A stretch of 64,000 nucleotides of DNA from Eledone cirrhosa (lineage: Eukaryota), in NCBI GenBank assembly GCA_964016885.1, contig OZ024742.1, positions 142,352,001-142,416,000 of the forward strand. The letters run 5' to 3'. Positions 1 to 14,112 of this stretch are shown piece by piece; within the stretch, counting starts at the first letter, position 1; each line of letters begins with the position of its first letter. The notes below the pieces were generated by a model that had not been told where the DNA came from, did not search any database, and saw nothing but the letters and a program-made list of their open reading frames with translations. The translations under genes and the position numbers were made by a program.

Positions 1-616
1 TTTTTTAACTTATCTAAGAGATTTTGCTGTATAAACTTATCGTTAATTTAATCATTTTCACTCAAAAATAATTTAATTTTCTTATGGTTGCTAAAAGCTA
101 TACTGGCAGCTAAATTAGGTGTTGCAAAATACAAAATCTTACTGTAGTTTTATTTATTACTGTATGGTGTCAATGTAGAGGTGGGAAAGTTTGGGGGGGG
201 AGTGATATCGAAAAATAATTTTAGTAGATTAGATAATATTTGGATTCCAAAAGGAGAATTATACCAAGTATTTTTTTCCTTCTAGTTCGCTCATTAGTTG
301 GTGCATGATATTAATTATTATTTGCATCATTTCTGCTTTCCACATTATCATACCTTGGACTAAGCAGGATTTATCTTATTAATATCTACACATAGGTTTC
401 CGTCCTTCAAATTCTCCACTTCAGAGTTATTACCATTATTTAAATTTCAGTATCCAAATTTTGATGGGCCCCACTCTCTAGAATTCCCTTTACATGAAGA
501 ATACGCCTTAGATAAAACCGCTCCAGAATTATCATATCTTCACTTACTATGTTACAGGTATGGGGACCTGGATTTTTTATTGCCTCTGAAATATGTTATT
601 TTATCAGTGTAGCCGC

Positions 617-736
617 TTCCTCCTCCTCCTCCTCCTCCTCCTCCTCTTCTTCTTCTTCTTCTTCTTCTTCTTCTTCTTCTTCTTCTTCTTCTTCTTCTTC
701 TTCTTCTTCTTCTTCTTCTTCTTCTTCTTCTTCTTC
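617..736. repeat. (TCC)n(TTC)n microsatellite, probably the expanded (GAA)n 3' tail of the adjacent minus-strand RTE LINE
   Basis: Pure trinucleotide run abutting the LINE 3' end; the related copy near 49450 ends in gaagatgatga. Confidence 0.9.
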
Positions 737-1510
737 GCCCACATATTCATGGGAGGGTAATGGAGGCAGAGTCCTCAGACTTGCCTTCCAGAAGGTCCTA
801 TCAGAAGCAACCATCTCCAAGTGATCTGGCTGGATGCCCAAGTGAGACCAGCCAAGCTCATGGATGTTATCCATCCATCTTGCTAGTAGTCTACCTCTGG
901 ATCTCCTGCCAGTTGGCCTTGCCTGTAAAGTATGTGATTCTTTTCTGAGACATTCTAACGACATGTCCTTAGTATCAGAGTTGTGATCACTCGATCTGGA
1001 GAAGTAGCATCTCTACCTGGAGTGACTCCCTGATCTCTGAGCTACACACCCTATCTAGTAACATTACTCTAAGAGCCCTTTGGGGGAACCCATTTTGGTT
1101 GCTTGTATTCGTGATTGTATTCTTTCTACCATTATCCAAGATTCATGACCATAGTAAAAAAGTAGGCCTGAACACCAAATTGAAGATAGCGAGTTCAGCT
1201 TTTACACCTACCTTCCTTTTTCTGATGACCAAGTACTGAAGCTGGCATATTACTGCACCAGCTCCTGCAATTCTTGCATCTAATTCAGCCTCCTGTCCTA
1301 CATAACTCGTACACATGGCCCCAAGATACTTAAACTTCTCCACATGCTTCAGTGGAACTCCATTCATAAGCAGAGTACACTGTGCAAGCTTCTTTGAGAG
1401 GACGAGTGTTTCAGTTTTCGCACCAGTTTTATTCCTGTCATGCAGCACTCAACAGTAAACCTATCAAATGCATGTCAGAAATCACCATCCAGCAAGTTAA
1501 GTAATACCAT
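737..1510 (-). mobile_element. RTE-clade LINE, 3' portion (end of RT and C-terminus), degenerate
   Basis: Minus-strand peptides VEKFKYLG, ELDARIAGA and GRRSRGR..RW.D.I..LGW; same family as 48730-49470. Confidence 0.8.
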
Positions 1511-2808
1511 ATCTAAGGCGGGTAAAATTCCAGAGATCCATGGACGAGTTCTCTCCAGCGGTCTCTGTCCCTCATTATCGCTGCCATGTCCTGCGTCTCC
1601 AACAGACCAGTGTCTGTCCTTAGGGCATCAACATACGTTAAACTTGGTCTTCCTCTTCCAGTGTGTCCATGTAGGGGCTCCCACAGGAGCACTGAGTGCA
1701 ATGTCAACTCTGGATGTCGGTGAGCATGTCCAGCTAACCTCAGTCTCCTCTGTGCCAAAGAAGGGACATCTCTCTAACACCAACAACTACAGGGGGATCT
1801 CACTGACGTCACTTGTGGAAAAGACCCTCAACAGGATGATTCTTAACAGGATCCAGCCTGAGATGGAGAAGAAGCTCAGGGACAACCAGAACGGCTTCAG
1901 AGAGGGAATATCAACCACCAGTCACATCCTGATGCTGAGGAGGATATTAGAGGGAGCTAGAGCAAAGTGCCTTCCTGCAGTCATGGTTTTCATTGACTTT
2001 AGGAAGGCCTTTGATTCTGTGGACCGTCACTGCCTAATGAAGATCTTACAGGCTTATGGAATCTCCAAGAAGATAGTGGACCTGATATCATTGCTCTACA
2101 CCAACACCAAAGCCCAAGTCATTACACCTGATGGGATGACAGAGTTCTTTGAGATACTGGCTGGAGTGCTCCAGGGAGATACATTGGCTCCCTACCTTTT
2201 TATCATCGTAGTGGACTATTGTATGCGCCTTGCACTGGAGAAACACCAGCACTCTGGCTTTGCTGTAGCACCGGCTCAGAGCAGGAGAGTTAAGGCGAAA
2301 AAGATATTGGATGCTGAATTTGCCGACGACATAGTTTTGGGTGACAAATACAGTGAAGGAGGCAGAGGATTTGATGCAGGAGGTTGAGACTGTGTCGATG
2401 AGTGTGGAGCTGAGAATAAATGAGACTAAAACAAAATATTTGGTAGAGAAGCCAGAGGGGATCACTAATGTAGGCGGGAAGCCGCTAGAATTGGTTGAGG
2501 ACTTCCTGTATTTGGGAGCAAAGATTGGGAATACGGAAGATGATGTGGTTGAGAGGAAGAGCAAAGCCTGAGCGGCGTGCCACAGCTTGAGATCGGTGTG
2601 GAAGTCGGACCTTCGTAAAGACCTGAAAATCCCCTCTTCGTTGCTGTACGGGTGAGACTTGGACACTGTCCAAGAAACTCACTCAGATGGTGGGTGCTAC
2701 ACGAGAATGCTGAGGATGGCTCTGAACATTAATCAGTATACACTGAGGATGAAAAACTCAGAGCTGTATGGGAGCCTCCCAAAAGTCAGCTCAAAAGTGA
2801 CCCAGAGG
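1511..2808. mobile_element. Second LINE (RTE/RTEX-like) inserted in the first; 3' end on minus (1511-1755) and 5' RT part inverted on plus (1752-2808); 11-bp TSD
   Basis: Plus: PKKG..NYRGISL, FIDFRKAFDS, GVLQGDTLAPYLF, FADD, YLG. Minus: QRRLRLAGHAHRH..LLWEP..GRP. TSD agtaataccat at 1500-1510 and 2809-2819. Confidence 0.85.
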
Positions 2809-3326
2809 AGTAATACCATGTCATCCACAAATACCACCCGACTGATCCTACATTTGCCAGTTCTGATACCATTTCAGGCCTGGCTGTACATGTCAATCCT
2901 GTCCTTGAAGATTATGAACAGGAGAGGTGATATTACGCACCCTTGGTGCACTCCTACACCCATATTGAATGATTTCCACTTAGAACCATTTACCCAAACA
3001 AAAATACTAAGGCATTCATATAGAGACATCAGGGCAACAAAAACCCGTCGATTAGTCCCCTTTCTCTGCAGAACCTTCCACAATAGATCCCGCAGAACGC
3101 AGTCATACGCCTTTCAGGGTCAACAAAACAAGCATACACCTCTTGGCAATACTCCCACAATTTCACATAAACCTACTGCAGTGAGAATATTTGGTCAGCT
3201 CTGCTGCATCTGAAACAAAAAGGACACTGTTCGTCAGCGAGCTTGAACTTCATAATATCCCTACATCTCTTAGACTTTACCGGGGAGGCTTAAGCAATCT
3301 CTCTTGTCACCCTTTTTAAAAGAAGG
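2809..3326 (-). mobile_element. Continuation of the host RTE LINE RT domain
   Basis: Minus-strand PLFKKGD, LSLPGKV, GVHQGCVISPLLF and FVDDMVLL; it joins 737-1510 once the insert is removed. Confidence 0.8.
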
Positions 3327-3660
3327 GGTGAAGAAGGCGGCTTATAAAGCTTGGCTTTGAAATAAGTCTTCCATCTTGCACTCACGGTACAAGTAGGCAG
3401 AAAAAATTACAGCAGAAAGAGTGAAGACGTCCAAGGTTAAGACATGGGAAGATTTGGAGGTTAAGCTGGAATCCAACTTTAAATCAACAAATAAAGTATT
3501 CTGGCAGACCATCCACTGACTTCATATTAAGAAGTACCCCTCGACACTTGCTATCAGGAATTTGTCTGGGATTCTTCTTTCTGAAGAGAGATTCATCTTT
3601 GAGAGATGGAGAGAATACTTTGCTGATCCCCTAAATCTGGTCACAACATCTTCTGATGTA
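3327..3660 (+). mobile_element. Inverted upstream fragment (EN-RT linker) of an RTE LINE
   Basis: KKAAYKAWL, FWQTI and ERWREYFADPLN motifs on plus, opposite to the adjacent RT. Confidence 0.65.
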
Positions 3661-4360
3661 CATATGGTACATCTATGGGTGATGACTAACCTCTGTGTGC
3701 TGGGTGTCCTGAATCTTAGATATGGCACCGAAGCAATGGCAATCAGGAGTGATAATTCTAGTTTTCAAATAATTATAGCCTGACATAACTTTATTATAAT
3801 ACTCAACATTCTGGTTCAATATTCTAATCGAAGTAAGTAATTCTAATCGAAACCCTTGTCAGTCAAGTTAATAACAGCTCTTCAGTGGTTAGACATTCTA
3901 TATACATAATATAGATTTTCATTAGGCTTATGGAAAGATGGATAGATATTTGTACACACACATGGCAGGTATGAACTAATGAGTAGCACTCCTGACTAAA
4001 TAGAAATAGTAGCTGAATGTCATTCAAATTACACCCTACCAGCTTAAAAAGGTAGGATACGTTAGATAATGTAGTCCTATATACAATATGACATTATGTC
4101 TGAATAAATAATTGGATGGTCACGACTGGAATGCCTTTGATCATATGACTGTTCAATCAAAGCTGAATTTGATCTTCCTAAGACTAAGCAACAACATATA
4201 TATGTGTGTAAAGAAAAATATCCAGATCATTTCTTAGTCCTTTCATTGCCATATTTCAAATGAAATACTCTGCCTATTATGTCCAAATAATTTTGAAAAT
4301 AATCAAGAACTTAAAAAGATTTTGTAATATAACTAACTTTGTTATTATTAAGTTGGTGTT

Positions 4361-4766
4361 TTGCGGTGGATTGGCAGTATCGGTAGAGGGTCGGACACCA
4401 TGCTTTGCAGTATAGAGTTACGGCCCTTTATGATCTGAGTTCAAATCCCGCCAAGGTTAACTTTGCCTTTCATCCTTACGGGGTCGATAAAATAAAGCAC
4501 CAGTAACGTACTGGGATTGATTTAATCGACTTTCCCCTCCCCAAAATTACTGACCTTGTGCCTATACTAGAAATCATTATTAAGTTGGTGTAGGGCGGTG
4601 GGTTGGCAGTATCGGTAGAGGGTCGGACGTCATGCTTTGACGCATAGAGTTACGGCCCTTGCCATTCTGAGTTCAAATCCCGCCAAGGTTAACTTTGCGG
4701 GGTCGATAAAATAAAGTACCAGTAATGTACTGGGTAATTGCTGGCCTTGTGCCAATAGTAGAAACA
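4361..4766 (+). mobile_element. Two tandem tRNA-derived SINEs
   Basis: A-box tggcagtatcggt, B-box gagttcaaatccc, body ctttgcctttcatccttacggggtcgataaaataaag; flanked by three copies of attattaagttggtgt. Confidence 0.85.
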
Positions 4767-5227
4767 ATTATTAAGTTGGTGTTTGGAACATAACTTAAAA
4801 CTATGATGAAAGGTTTTTAGATAAATATAAACACTTTAAAAGTTTATATTGTGGAATCAGGAGCAATTTCATGTGGTTTATTGTCAAAAAGGTTTTTAAA
4901 AACGGTGTACAGTAAGAAGAAACCTTTACTGATGCATCGACATGTTGGGAACAGGAAATCAACCTTGAAGTTCATAAAGCTATTTTGGTTATCAGTTAAC
5001 ACACCATTTCTCTTTGCTCTTAAATTATGCACCATTACATCGTCCAATATTCTCCAATCCTGAAATAAAATGCCTTGCTTCTAGCTTATGAAAAGAAAAT
5101 ATTGTTATATATAAATTTCATGTAAATTACAAGATATCACACAAGTAGATATAGCGATGTGGTGAAGATGTTAGTTTCATAACCAAGTAGTTTCAGATTC
5201 AATACACTATATGGAACTTTGAACAAA

Positions 5228-5335
5228 TAGCAGCATGGTCTAGTAGTTACAATGCTGGATTTATGATCATAAGGTTGTGGGTTCGATTCCTGGACTGAAT
5301 TGTTGTGTTCTTGAACAAAATGCTTCATTACTTTT
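5228..5335 (+). mobile_element. tRNA-headed SINE fragment (second family)
   Basis: gcatggtctagtagtta...gggttcgattcctgg...gtgttcttgaacaa; related to 32812-33015 and 50962-51140. Confidence 0.6.
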
Positions 5336-5514
5336 CATGTTAGGAATGGGGTCCCTATTATTAAAACACCTAAGAAAACTTTTATGAGATACCACTTTGT
5401 AGGAATCCAGCTAAAACTACACACGTGTAAACAAAGACATTTATGCAAATAGACACACCTACACCCTACCCCTATACACACGCACACACACACACATATA
5501 TATATTTCTGTTTG

Positions 5515-6265
5515 AGTAAGGCATGGTACGGCCAACTGGCCAGACCCTCCTCATATTGGGAGCATCCAGTACATCACTGTAAATGTGACAGGTGTTAGGA
5601 AGATCATCCCCCAGCAGCTGTAAAACCCTGCTGAAATGCAGTCCCATATGAGCAAGGTACCGTATTTCCCGGCGTCGAAGACGCTACCTTTTTCCTAAAA
5701 TAAGTCTCAAAAATCTACCATACATCCTGGAGGCCGAAGGTTGTTTATTATTTTTTTTCAAATTTTTGGTTGTCAAAATTAGGGTGCGTCCTCGAGGACG
5801 AAGCGTCTTCGGTGCCGGGAAATATGGTATGTGTGGCTAACTGGCCAGATACACCTCATACATGGGACCACCCAGTTCCACACTGTAAATGTAGTTGATG
5901 TTAGGAAGGGCATCCAGCAGCTGTAAAAACCCAGCCAAAACAAGATTCGATGTGGTCAACTGGCCAGACCTTCCTCATAATGCGTCCACCCAGCTCCCAA
6001 ATATGGTTCCGCTATGAACAGGGTACAGCGCGGTCAGCTGGCCAGACCCTTTTCATAATGAGACACCACCCCCACCCCACCCCCAGTTCTACACTGTAAA
6101 TGTGGTTGGTGTTAAGAAGGGCATCCAGCTGTAAAAAGAAATGGCCAAACTCCACTTCTGTTTGAGCAAGAGGCTGAGCAGCCAACTGGCCAGACTTGCC
6201 TCATAATGTGGACGACCCATCTAACCCATGCAAGTATGAAAAATAAGATGTTAAACAGTGATGAT
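5515..6265 (+). repeat. Degenerate tandem cluster of short interspersed repeat fragments
   Basis: Recurring caactggccaga...cactgtaaatgt..gttaggaagggcatccagctgtaaaa units; a similar unit lies at 58020-58210. Confidence 0.6.
5660..5827. mobile_element. MITE of Tc1/mariner-pogo type with TA target duplication
   Basis: TIRs ccgtatttcccggcgtcgaagacgct / agcgtcttcggtgccgggaaatatgg, flanked by TA on both sides. Confidence 0.75.
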
Positions 6266-6964
6266 GATATATATTTATATTTATGTAAAGGGACACCAAA
6301 GCCTTTTAGAACTTTAACATCCCTTTTTATTTTCTATACACACTTCAGTAACAAGAAGCAATCAATAACCAATAACTTTGATCACTAAATAACTTGTACT
6401 CATCACTTCATCTAGAATAATAATAAAGTTAATGTTAAAAGAGACCCTTAGAGTGAAAAATCAGAAAAAAAATAATACCCCAAATAAAAGCGCAATCTGA
6501 TAGGTAATAACATACTCTCATTTTTAAAATGAGACATGTGTACAAAAAATAAAAAGAGATGGTAAAGTTCTAAAAGACTTTGGAGTTCATTTATTAATGC
6601 TCTTTGATGCTGGTTATTCTCCATTCTTTTGGGTGTTACTTCCTTGGCTTTACACTGGATTTACTTGATCTGCATGATTAATAATGATAACACATTCAGC
6701 TTCCCAGCATCTTGTTTTGTCAAAGCTGCATGGATATCTCCATTTATAACACTTTCTATGTACATGGGTTGGCTAAAAAGTTCATAGGCTGACCAACATA
6801 CTCTCATGGAAAGGCCAAATGAAGTTTATTTTTCAACATAGACCATAGAAAGAAACAATGCAGTTATTAATAAGAAGAGTTGAAACTAATGCATGTAAGA
6901 TTTCACAGTGCTAGCATCATTCCTTCATAGTCAGCCTGTGAATGTTTCAGCTGACCCTAATATG

Positions 6965-7052
<88 letters not shown>

Positions 7053-7062
7053 CATATACATG

Positions 7063-7988
7063 CGAGGTGGGTCAGAAAAGTTCCACGACTGATGTCACAA
7101 AAGATTTATTTCAAACCCAAACTTCACACTAAGACTTTTCTCCTTCAAAGTAATCCCACTGGAGTCTAATGCACTTTTCCATCCTTTTCTGCCACGCTTG
7201 CATGCACTCCTGGAAGATTCTTCCGAGATCCTCCGCAGTTCCATCATCACTGCCTTTTTGATGTCATCCACGTCTTCAGAACAGGTCCCCTCTGGGTCGT
7301 ACTCGAAGATCCATGACTCATCACCGGTGATGACTGTCCCTAGCAAGTCTGGTTCGGTTTCAAGACGCTCGAGGATGTCCTGGCACACTTGCATGCGTCG
7401 ACCCTTCTGGTCATCGTTCAGCAGTTTTGGCACCATCTTCGCACAGACTTTCCGCATGTCCAAATCTTCAGTGAGAATGTTCCAGACGCTGTCCCGATTC
7501 TTGCCCAGCTCATTTGCCACAGTCGAACAGTCAGCCGACGATCGCTATGCACCATCTGCCTGACGCGCTCAACGTTGACCTCAGTCAAGGTTGTTGAGGG
7601 CCTTCCGATCCTGGGGTCATCTTCCACGTCCTCGCGTCCTTCTTTAAACCTCTTGTACCACTCAAAAACACGTGAGCGTGACATCGTCTCATCTCCATAC
7701 ACTTGCTGCAGCAATCCCAGTGCTTCTGACGGAGTTTTCAAGTTTGTTTGTTGCTCTGTGTTCATAGCTTGACGACCTAAAAGGTCATGTATATAACGAC
7801 CTAAAACAGAGGACATGTATATAAAATTATGAAGAAAAAAGTTTGATCGCTGCAGAGAGCTAAGATTACAGTTAGATACTCCAGGGGGAGGGGGGGGTTA
7901 CTTTCAAAGAGAAAAGTCTTAGTGTGAAGTTTGGGTTTGAAATAAATCTTTTGTGACATCAGTCCTGGAACTTTTCTGACACACCTCG
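7063..7988 (-). mobile_element. Internally deleted mariner transposon, ~110-bp TIRs, frameshifted transposase
   Basis: VYGDETMSRSRVFEWYKRFKEGREDVEDDPRIGRP (HTH), MVPKLL, ITGDESWIFEYDPE; TIRs at 7063-7170 and 7872-7988; sits in (TA)n. Confidence 0.9.
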
Positions 7989-7999
7989 TATATATACAT

Positions 8000-8060
<61 letters not shown>

Positions 8061-8303
8061 CATATATATATATGTACATATATATATACATACATATATA
8101 TATACATACATATATATACTTACATATACATATATATATATGTATATACATACATATACACACATATATATACATACATATACATACATATACATACAAA
8201 CATATACATACATATATATATATACACATACATATACACACATATATATATATACATACATATACATACATATACACACATATATATAAATATATACATA
8301 CAT

Positions 8304-9464
8304 ATGATGGCTGCCCCCTCGTTATCGAGTATGGCCATTGCACGATATACCATTATTAATAATAATTAATTAATTCTATCGTGCAATGCCTGTGCGTGAA
8401 GATATTTTTTAAAGTGAAAAAGACTGTGCACTGAGCCAATCCCACTCTCTGAGCGACAGTAGCTATAACCCGAAAAGAAGAAAAGATCAACATCATCAGT
8501 AACTACTGAGCCACAGGTTTTATATCGCAGTTATCCCAATTTCCAGAGTTGCCTTCTCCTAGGAGAATGCCCTGAGAAAGGCTATGGGCCCTTCACTCCC
8601 AGTGGTTTAACCGCGTGATCGGGTGTCCAGCCCGACTATTTCTATGTCCCCACGCATATATATGTATACATATATGTATGTATATATATATGTATGCATA
8701 TATATGTATATATGTATATATATGTATATATGTATAAGTCTGTATATATATGTATGTATATATATGTATATATATATATGTATATATATGTATATATGTA
8801 TATATATGTATATGTATGTATATATGTAAATATATGTGTATATATGTATATATATGTATATGTGTATATATATGTATATGTATGTATATATGTATATGTA
8901 TATGTATATTTATATATATGTATATGTATGTATATATGTATATATATGTACATATATGTATATATGTATATATATGTATATATATGTATATATGTATATA
9001 TATATATGTATATGTATATATATGTATTTGTATGTATATATGTATGTATATTTGTATATATATATGTATATATATATGTCTATGCATGTGTGCATGTATA
9101 TGCGCAGGGACATAGAAATAGTCGGCTGGACACCCGATTGCGCGGTTAAACCACTGGGAGTGAAGGACCCCTAGCCTTTCTCAGGGCATTCTCCTAGGAG
9201 AAGGGAACTGAGGAAACTGAGGAAACTGGGATAACTCTGATATAAAACCTGCGGCTCAGTAGTTACCGATGATGTTGAGCTTTTCTTCTTTTCGGGTTAT
9301 AGCTACTGTCACTCAGAGAGTGGGATTGGCTCAGTGCACAGTCTTTCCTCACTTTAAAAAATATCTTGACGCACAGGCATTGCACGATGGCATTAATTAA
9401 TAATGATTAATAATGGTATATCGTGCAATGGCCATACTCGATAACGAGAGGGCGGAGCCATCAT
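8304..9464. repeat. ~350-bp inverted repeat (8304-8655 / 9101-9464) around a TA/TG microsatellite; RTE-5'UTR/SINE-like sequence
   Basis: Direct reverse-complement match, e.g. cctcgttatcgagtatggccattgcacga / tcgtgcaatggccatactcgataacgag; related to 46595-47118. Confidence 0.85.
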
Positions 9465-9600
9465 CATATATATATGTGTATATATATATATAGAGATATA
9501 TGTATATATATATATCTATATATATATGTATATATGCATGTATATATATGTATATATGCATGTATATATATGTATATATATATGTGTATATGTATGTATA

Positions 9601-9664
<64 letters not shown>

Positions 9665-9678
9665 TATGTATGTAAATG

Positions 9679-9713
<35 letters not shown>

Positions 9714-9888
9714 ATATATATACATATATATATGTATATGTATGTGTATATATACATATATATATATATGTATATGTATGTATACATGTATATGTATATG
9801 TATGTATATATATATGTATATGTATGTATATATATATATATATGTATATGTATATATAAATATATATATATGTATATGTATATGTATG

Positions 9889-9919
<31 letters not shown>

Positions 9920-9992
9920 GTATATGTATGTATATATATATATATGTATATGTATATATAAATATATATATATGTATATGTATGTATATATG

Positions 9993-10047
<55 letters not shown>

Positions 10048-10058
10048 GTATATATTTG

Positions 10059-10151
<93 letters not shown>

Positions 10152-10249
10152 ATTTATGTATACGTATATCTGTGTATGTGTATATATATATATATATATA
10201 TGTATGTGTATATATATGTATATGTATGTATTTATATGTATATGTATAT

Positions 10250-11965
10250 AACCTCCAGCAATGCATGATGACCATCATCAATAACCAGATAACAGCTGAA
10301 GAGAGGTGGGCCATTGAGAAAATCAAACTCAACCCCAAAGTGTTCTTCTCATTCGCTAAAAAACACAAGGTCACCGTCTCCACTGTTGGCCCCCCTAATT
10401 GATGAAAATGGCACACTCCAGGACAATGCCAAAACCATAGGCGAGATACTGCAGAAACAATACTGCTCTGTTTTCAGCAATCCTGATATGGCCGGTCTGG
10501 GCCGTATCAGTGATATTAACCCCCAACACACTATATCAGACATAACGTTTGGCGCCCCTGATGTCTTAGCGGCAATAAACGAAATTAAACACAATTCAGC
10601 AGTAGGCCCCGACAGGTTCCCTGCTTGTGTCCTGAAGGTGTTTCAACACCAACATGCATCTCCTCTTGCTAATCTGTGGAGGAACTCACTGGACACTGGC
10701 TATATTCCTGAAAACATTCTGTCCCAGTCCGTTGTCCAAGTCTTCAAAAAGAGAAATAAGTCCCTTGCAGTGAACTACCGTCCGATCTCACTCACCTCTC
10801 ATATTATCAAGGTATTTGAGAGGGTGGTGAGATCACCAATAACCCACTTTCTTGAAAGCAACGGCCTGCTGAACTCCAACCAACATGGATTCCGTAATGG
10901 AAGGGACTGCCTAACGCAGCTCCTGCATCACTTTGACGATGCTTTGAGAGCAATGGGAGAGGGCTCCAACACTGATGTCATCTACCTTGATTTCAGCAAG
11001 GCCTTCGACAGGGTTGATCATAAGATTCTACTGAAGAAACTATCCAATGTTGGTGTATCTCGAAGGTTACTACAGTGGATCAAATGTTTCCTGACAGACA
11101 GAACCCAGCATGTTGTAGTCGAAGGAGTAAAATCAAGCCCTGCCAAAGTCAGCAGTGGCGTCCCACAAGGCACTGTGTTGGGCCCACTTCTTTTCATCAT
11201 CTACATTAATGACATTACTGACATCATCAAGCACAGCAACATCAGAATCTTCGCAGATGATTCCAAGCTCCAAAGGGTCATCACTGAGGTGGGTGACCGG
11301 ACTTGCCTTCAGTCAGACCTACTGGCTGTTATCCAATGGGCAGAGATGAATAATATGCTGTTGAATGAAGATAAATTTGAACTAATCCACTTTGGAAAAA
11401 AGGATGCCCTGAAACTACCATACTCTCTTCCTTCGGGTGAAACTCTAGTGGCTTCCAATAACATCAGAGACTTGGGAGTAATTGTGGACAACAATACAAG
11501 CTGGGCCACTCATATAAACAGCAAAGTTGATATGGCCCGCAGAATGTGTTCCTGGATTCTCAGAACTTTCCAGTCAAGAGATATCCACACTGTTGTCCTT
11601 CTCTTCTCCACTTTTTCCCGACCCCACATTGAATACTGTTGTCCACTGTGGTCACCCCACACGAAACAAAGTATCATAAAAGTTGAAGCACCCCAAAGGT
11701 CAATTACAAAAAAGATAGTTGGCATGACAGGCCTTGACTATTGGGGTCGATTAGAAAAGCTCAAACTTTATTCTCTTCAACATCGCCGTGAGCGCTACAT
11801 TATCTGTATGATGTGGAAAATATTCCATCAGCTTTGCCCAAATGATGTTGCCATCACCTTTAGTGTACACCCAAGGCTTGGGCCCGTGCTATCCGCCCAC
11901 GACAAAAATCCCACTCGCATCACATAACAACAATACGGCACAATTATTTCACCTCAATTTGCCTT
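10250..11965 (+). mobile_element. CR1-group LINE fragment with an open RT domain (ORF 10314-11927)
   Basis: NYRPISLTS, QHGFR, YLDFSKAFDRV, GVPQGTVLGPLLF, FADD, DLGV, EYCCPLWSPH; no endonuclease domain present. Confidence 0.9.
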
Positions 11966-12012
11966 TTAAGTTAGACATAGCCTGGGCCAATACTGGCCGA
12001 AACCTATCAAAG

Positions 12013-12080
<68 letters not shown>

Positions 12081-12082
12081 GC

Positions 12083-12742
<660 letters not shown>

Positions 12743-12830
12743 ATATATATATATATATGTGTATATATATATATATGTATGTGTATATATATATATATGT
12801 ATGTGTAGATATATATATGTATGTATATAT

Positions 12831-12862
<32 letters not shown>

Positions 12863-13042
12863 GTATATATGTATATATATATGTATATATATATCTATGT
12901 GTATATATATATATGTATGTGTATATATTTGTATGTGTCTATATATATATGTATGTATATATATATGTATGTGTATATATATATTTATATGTATGTATAT
13001 ATATAAATATGTATGTGTATATGTGTATGTATATATATGCAT

Positions 13043-13118
<76 letters not shown>

Positions 13119-13203
13119 ATGCGTATATATATATATATATGTATATGTATTTGTATATATATATCTATATATATATTTATATATATATATATGTGTGTGT
13201 ATG

Positions 13204-13250
<47 letters not shown>

Positions 13251-13283
13251 ATATGTATATATATATATATATATATATCTGTG

Positions 13284-13378
<95 letters not shown>

Positions 13379-14112
13379 ATGTATGTATATATATACATAC
13401 TACTGTACGTCTGTATACATATATGTATGTACGTATACATATCCTAAACGGACGGTAGTCCGTTTAGTAATATTGTTGTGATCGTGTTTTCGTTGGCAAT
13501 CGTCTGTTTACGACAGTACAGCGCGGCTCTACTTTATTTAACTGAGATAAAACTTATATGAGCATGAACAGTAGATCATTACGCATTTTTTGGCTTAAAA
13601 ATATAGAAATTTGGTCCAGCGGGAAAAAGTTTATAATCAAAGTTTGCTGATAAATCTTGTGTTCAAGTGATGAGTAGTAAGCGTGACGCTAGGGGAGGTA
13701 ATCCAGAAATAACGCATTTTTTTCGGCGGAACTCTTGTGATTGTGATTACGTTAGTCAAATGTAGTCAAATCGCCGAATCCCCTCCTCCTAATTGACTAC
13801 GTCATTTCTGAACGGCCCTACTTGCGTCAGTGTGAAACATTACTTCACTTTTCACTGCTAAAATGCTTTTTAAATACTTCGTTAAAAATTTATGTTTATT
13901 ATCAAAGCTATTTTTTGTACCAATCTATCAATAGTTTGCGAAAATATAGGTAAACATGTGAGTTAAATTTTTTTTAATCGCATCGATCGCTTTGTCGCAC
14001 CGACTGTGACACTTTCTGACTGTCTGTCTGACTGACACCTTTGTCGGACCGATTCACTATGATCATTTAATTATTAGATAGTTGTTGCTTGCATTGCCTT
14101 AAAAAATAGTAG

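Noticed and set aside
549-964. Poly-Ser and poly-Glu ORFs
   Set aside because: Translations of the (TTC)n tail plus a LINE remnant.
4361-4460. tRNA genes at SINE heads
   Set aside because: A and B boxes are present but there is no cloverleaf; they are followed by a SINE body and TSDs.
6762-6850. Possible mariner TIR remnant (tacatgggttggctaaaaagttc)
   Set aside because: No partner TIR or transposase sequence found; too short to support.
8480-8505. CTGATGA on minus within the 8304 arm
   Set aside because: No stem II or GAAA follows, so it is not called a hammerhead.
13680-13820. DNA-transposon-like terminus (reverse complement tagggccgttcagaaatgacgtag)
   Set aside because: Only one end visible; family cannot be assigned by eye.
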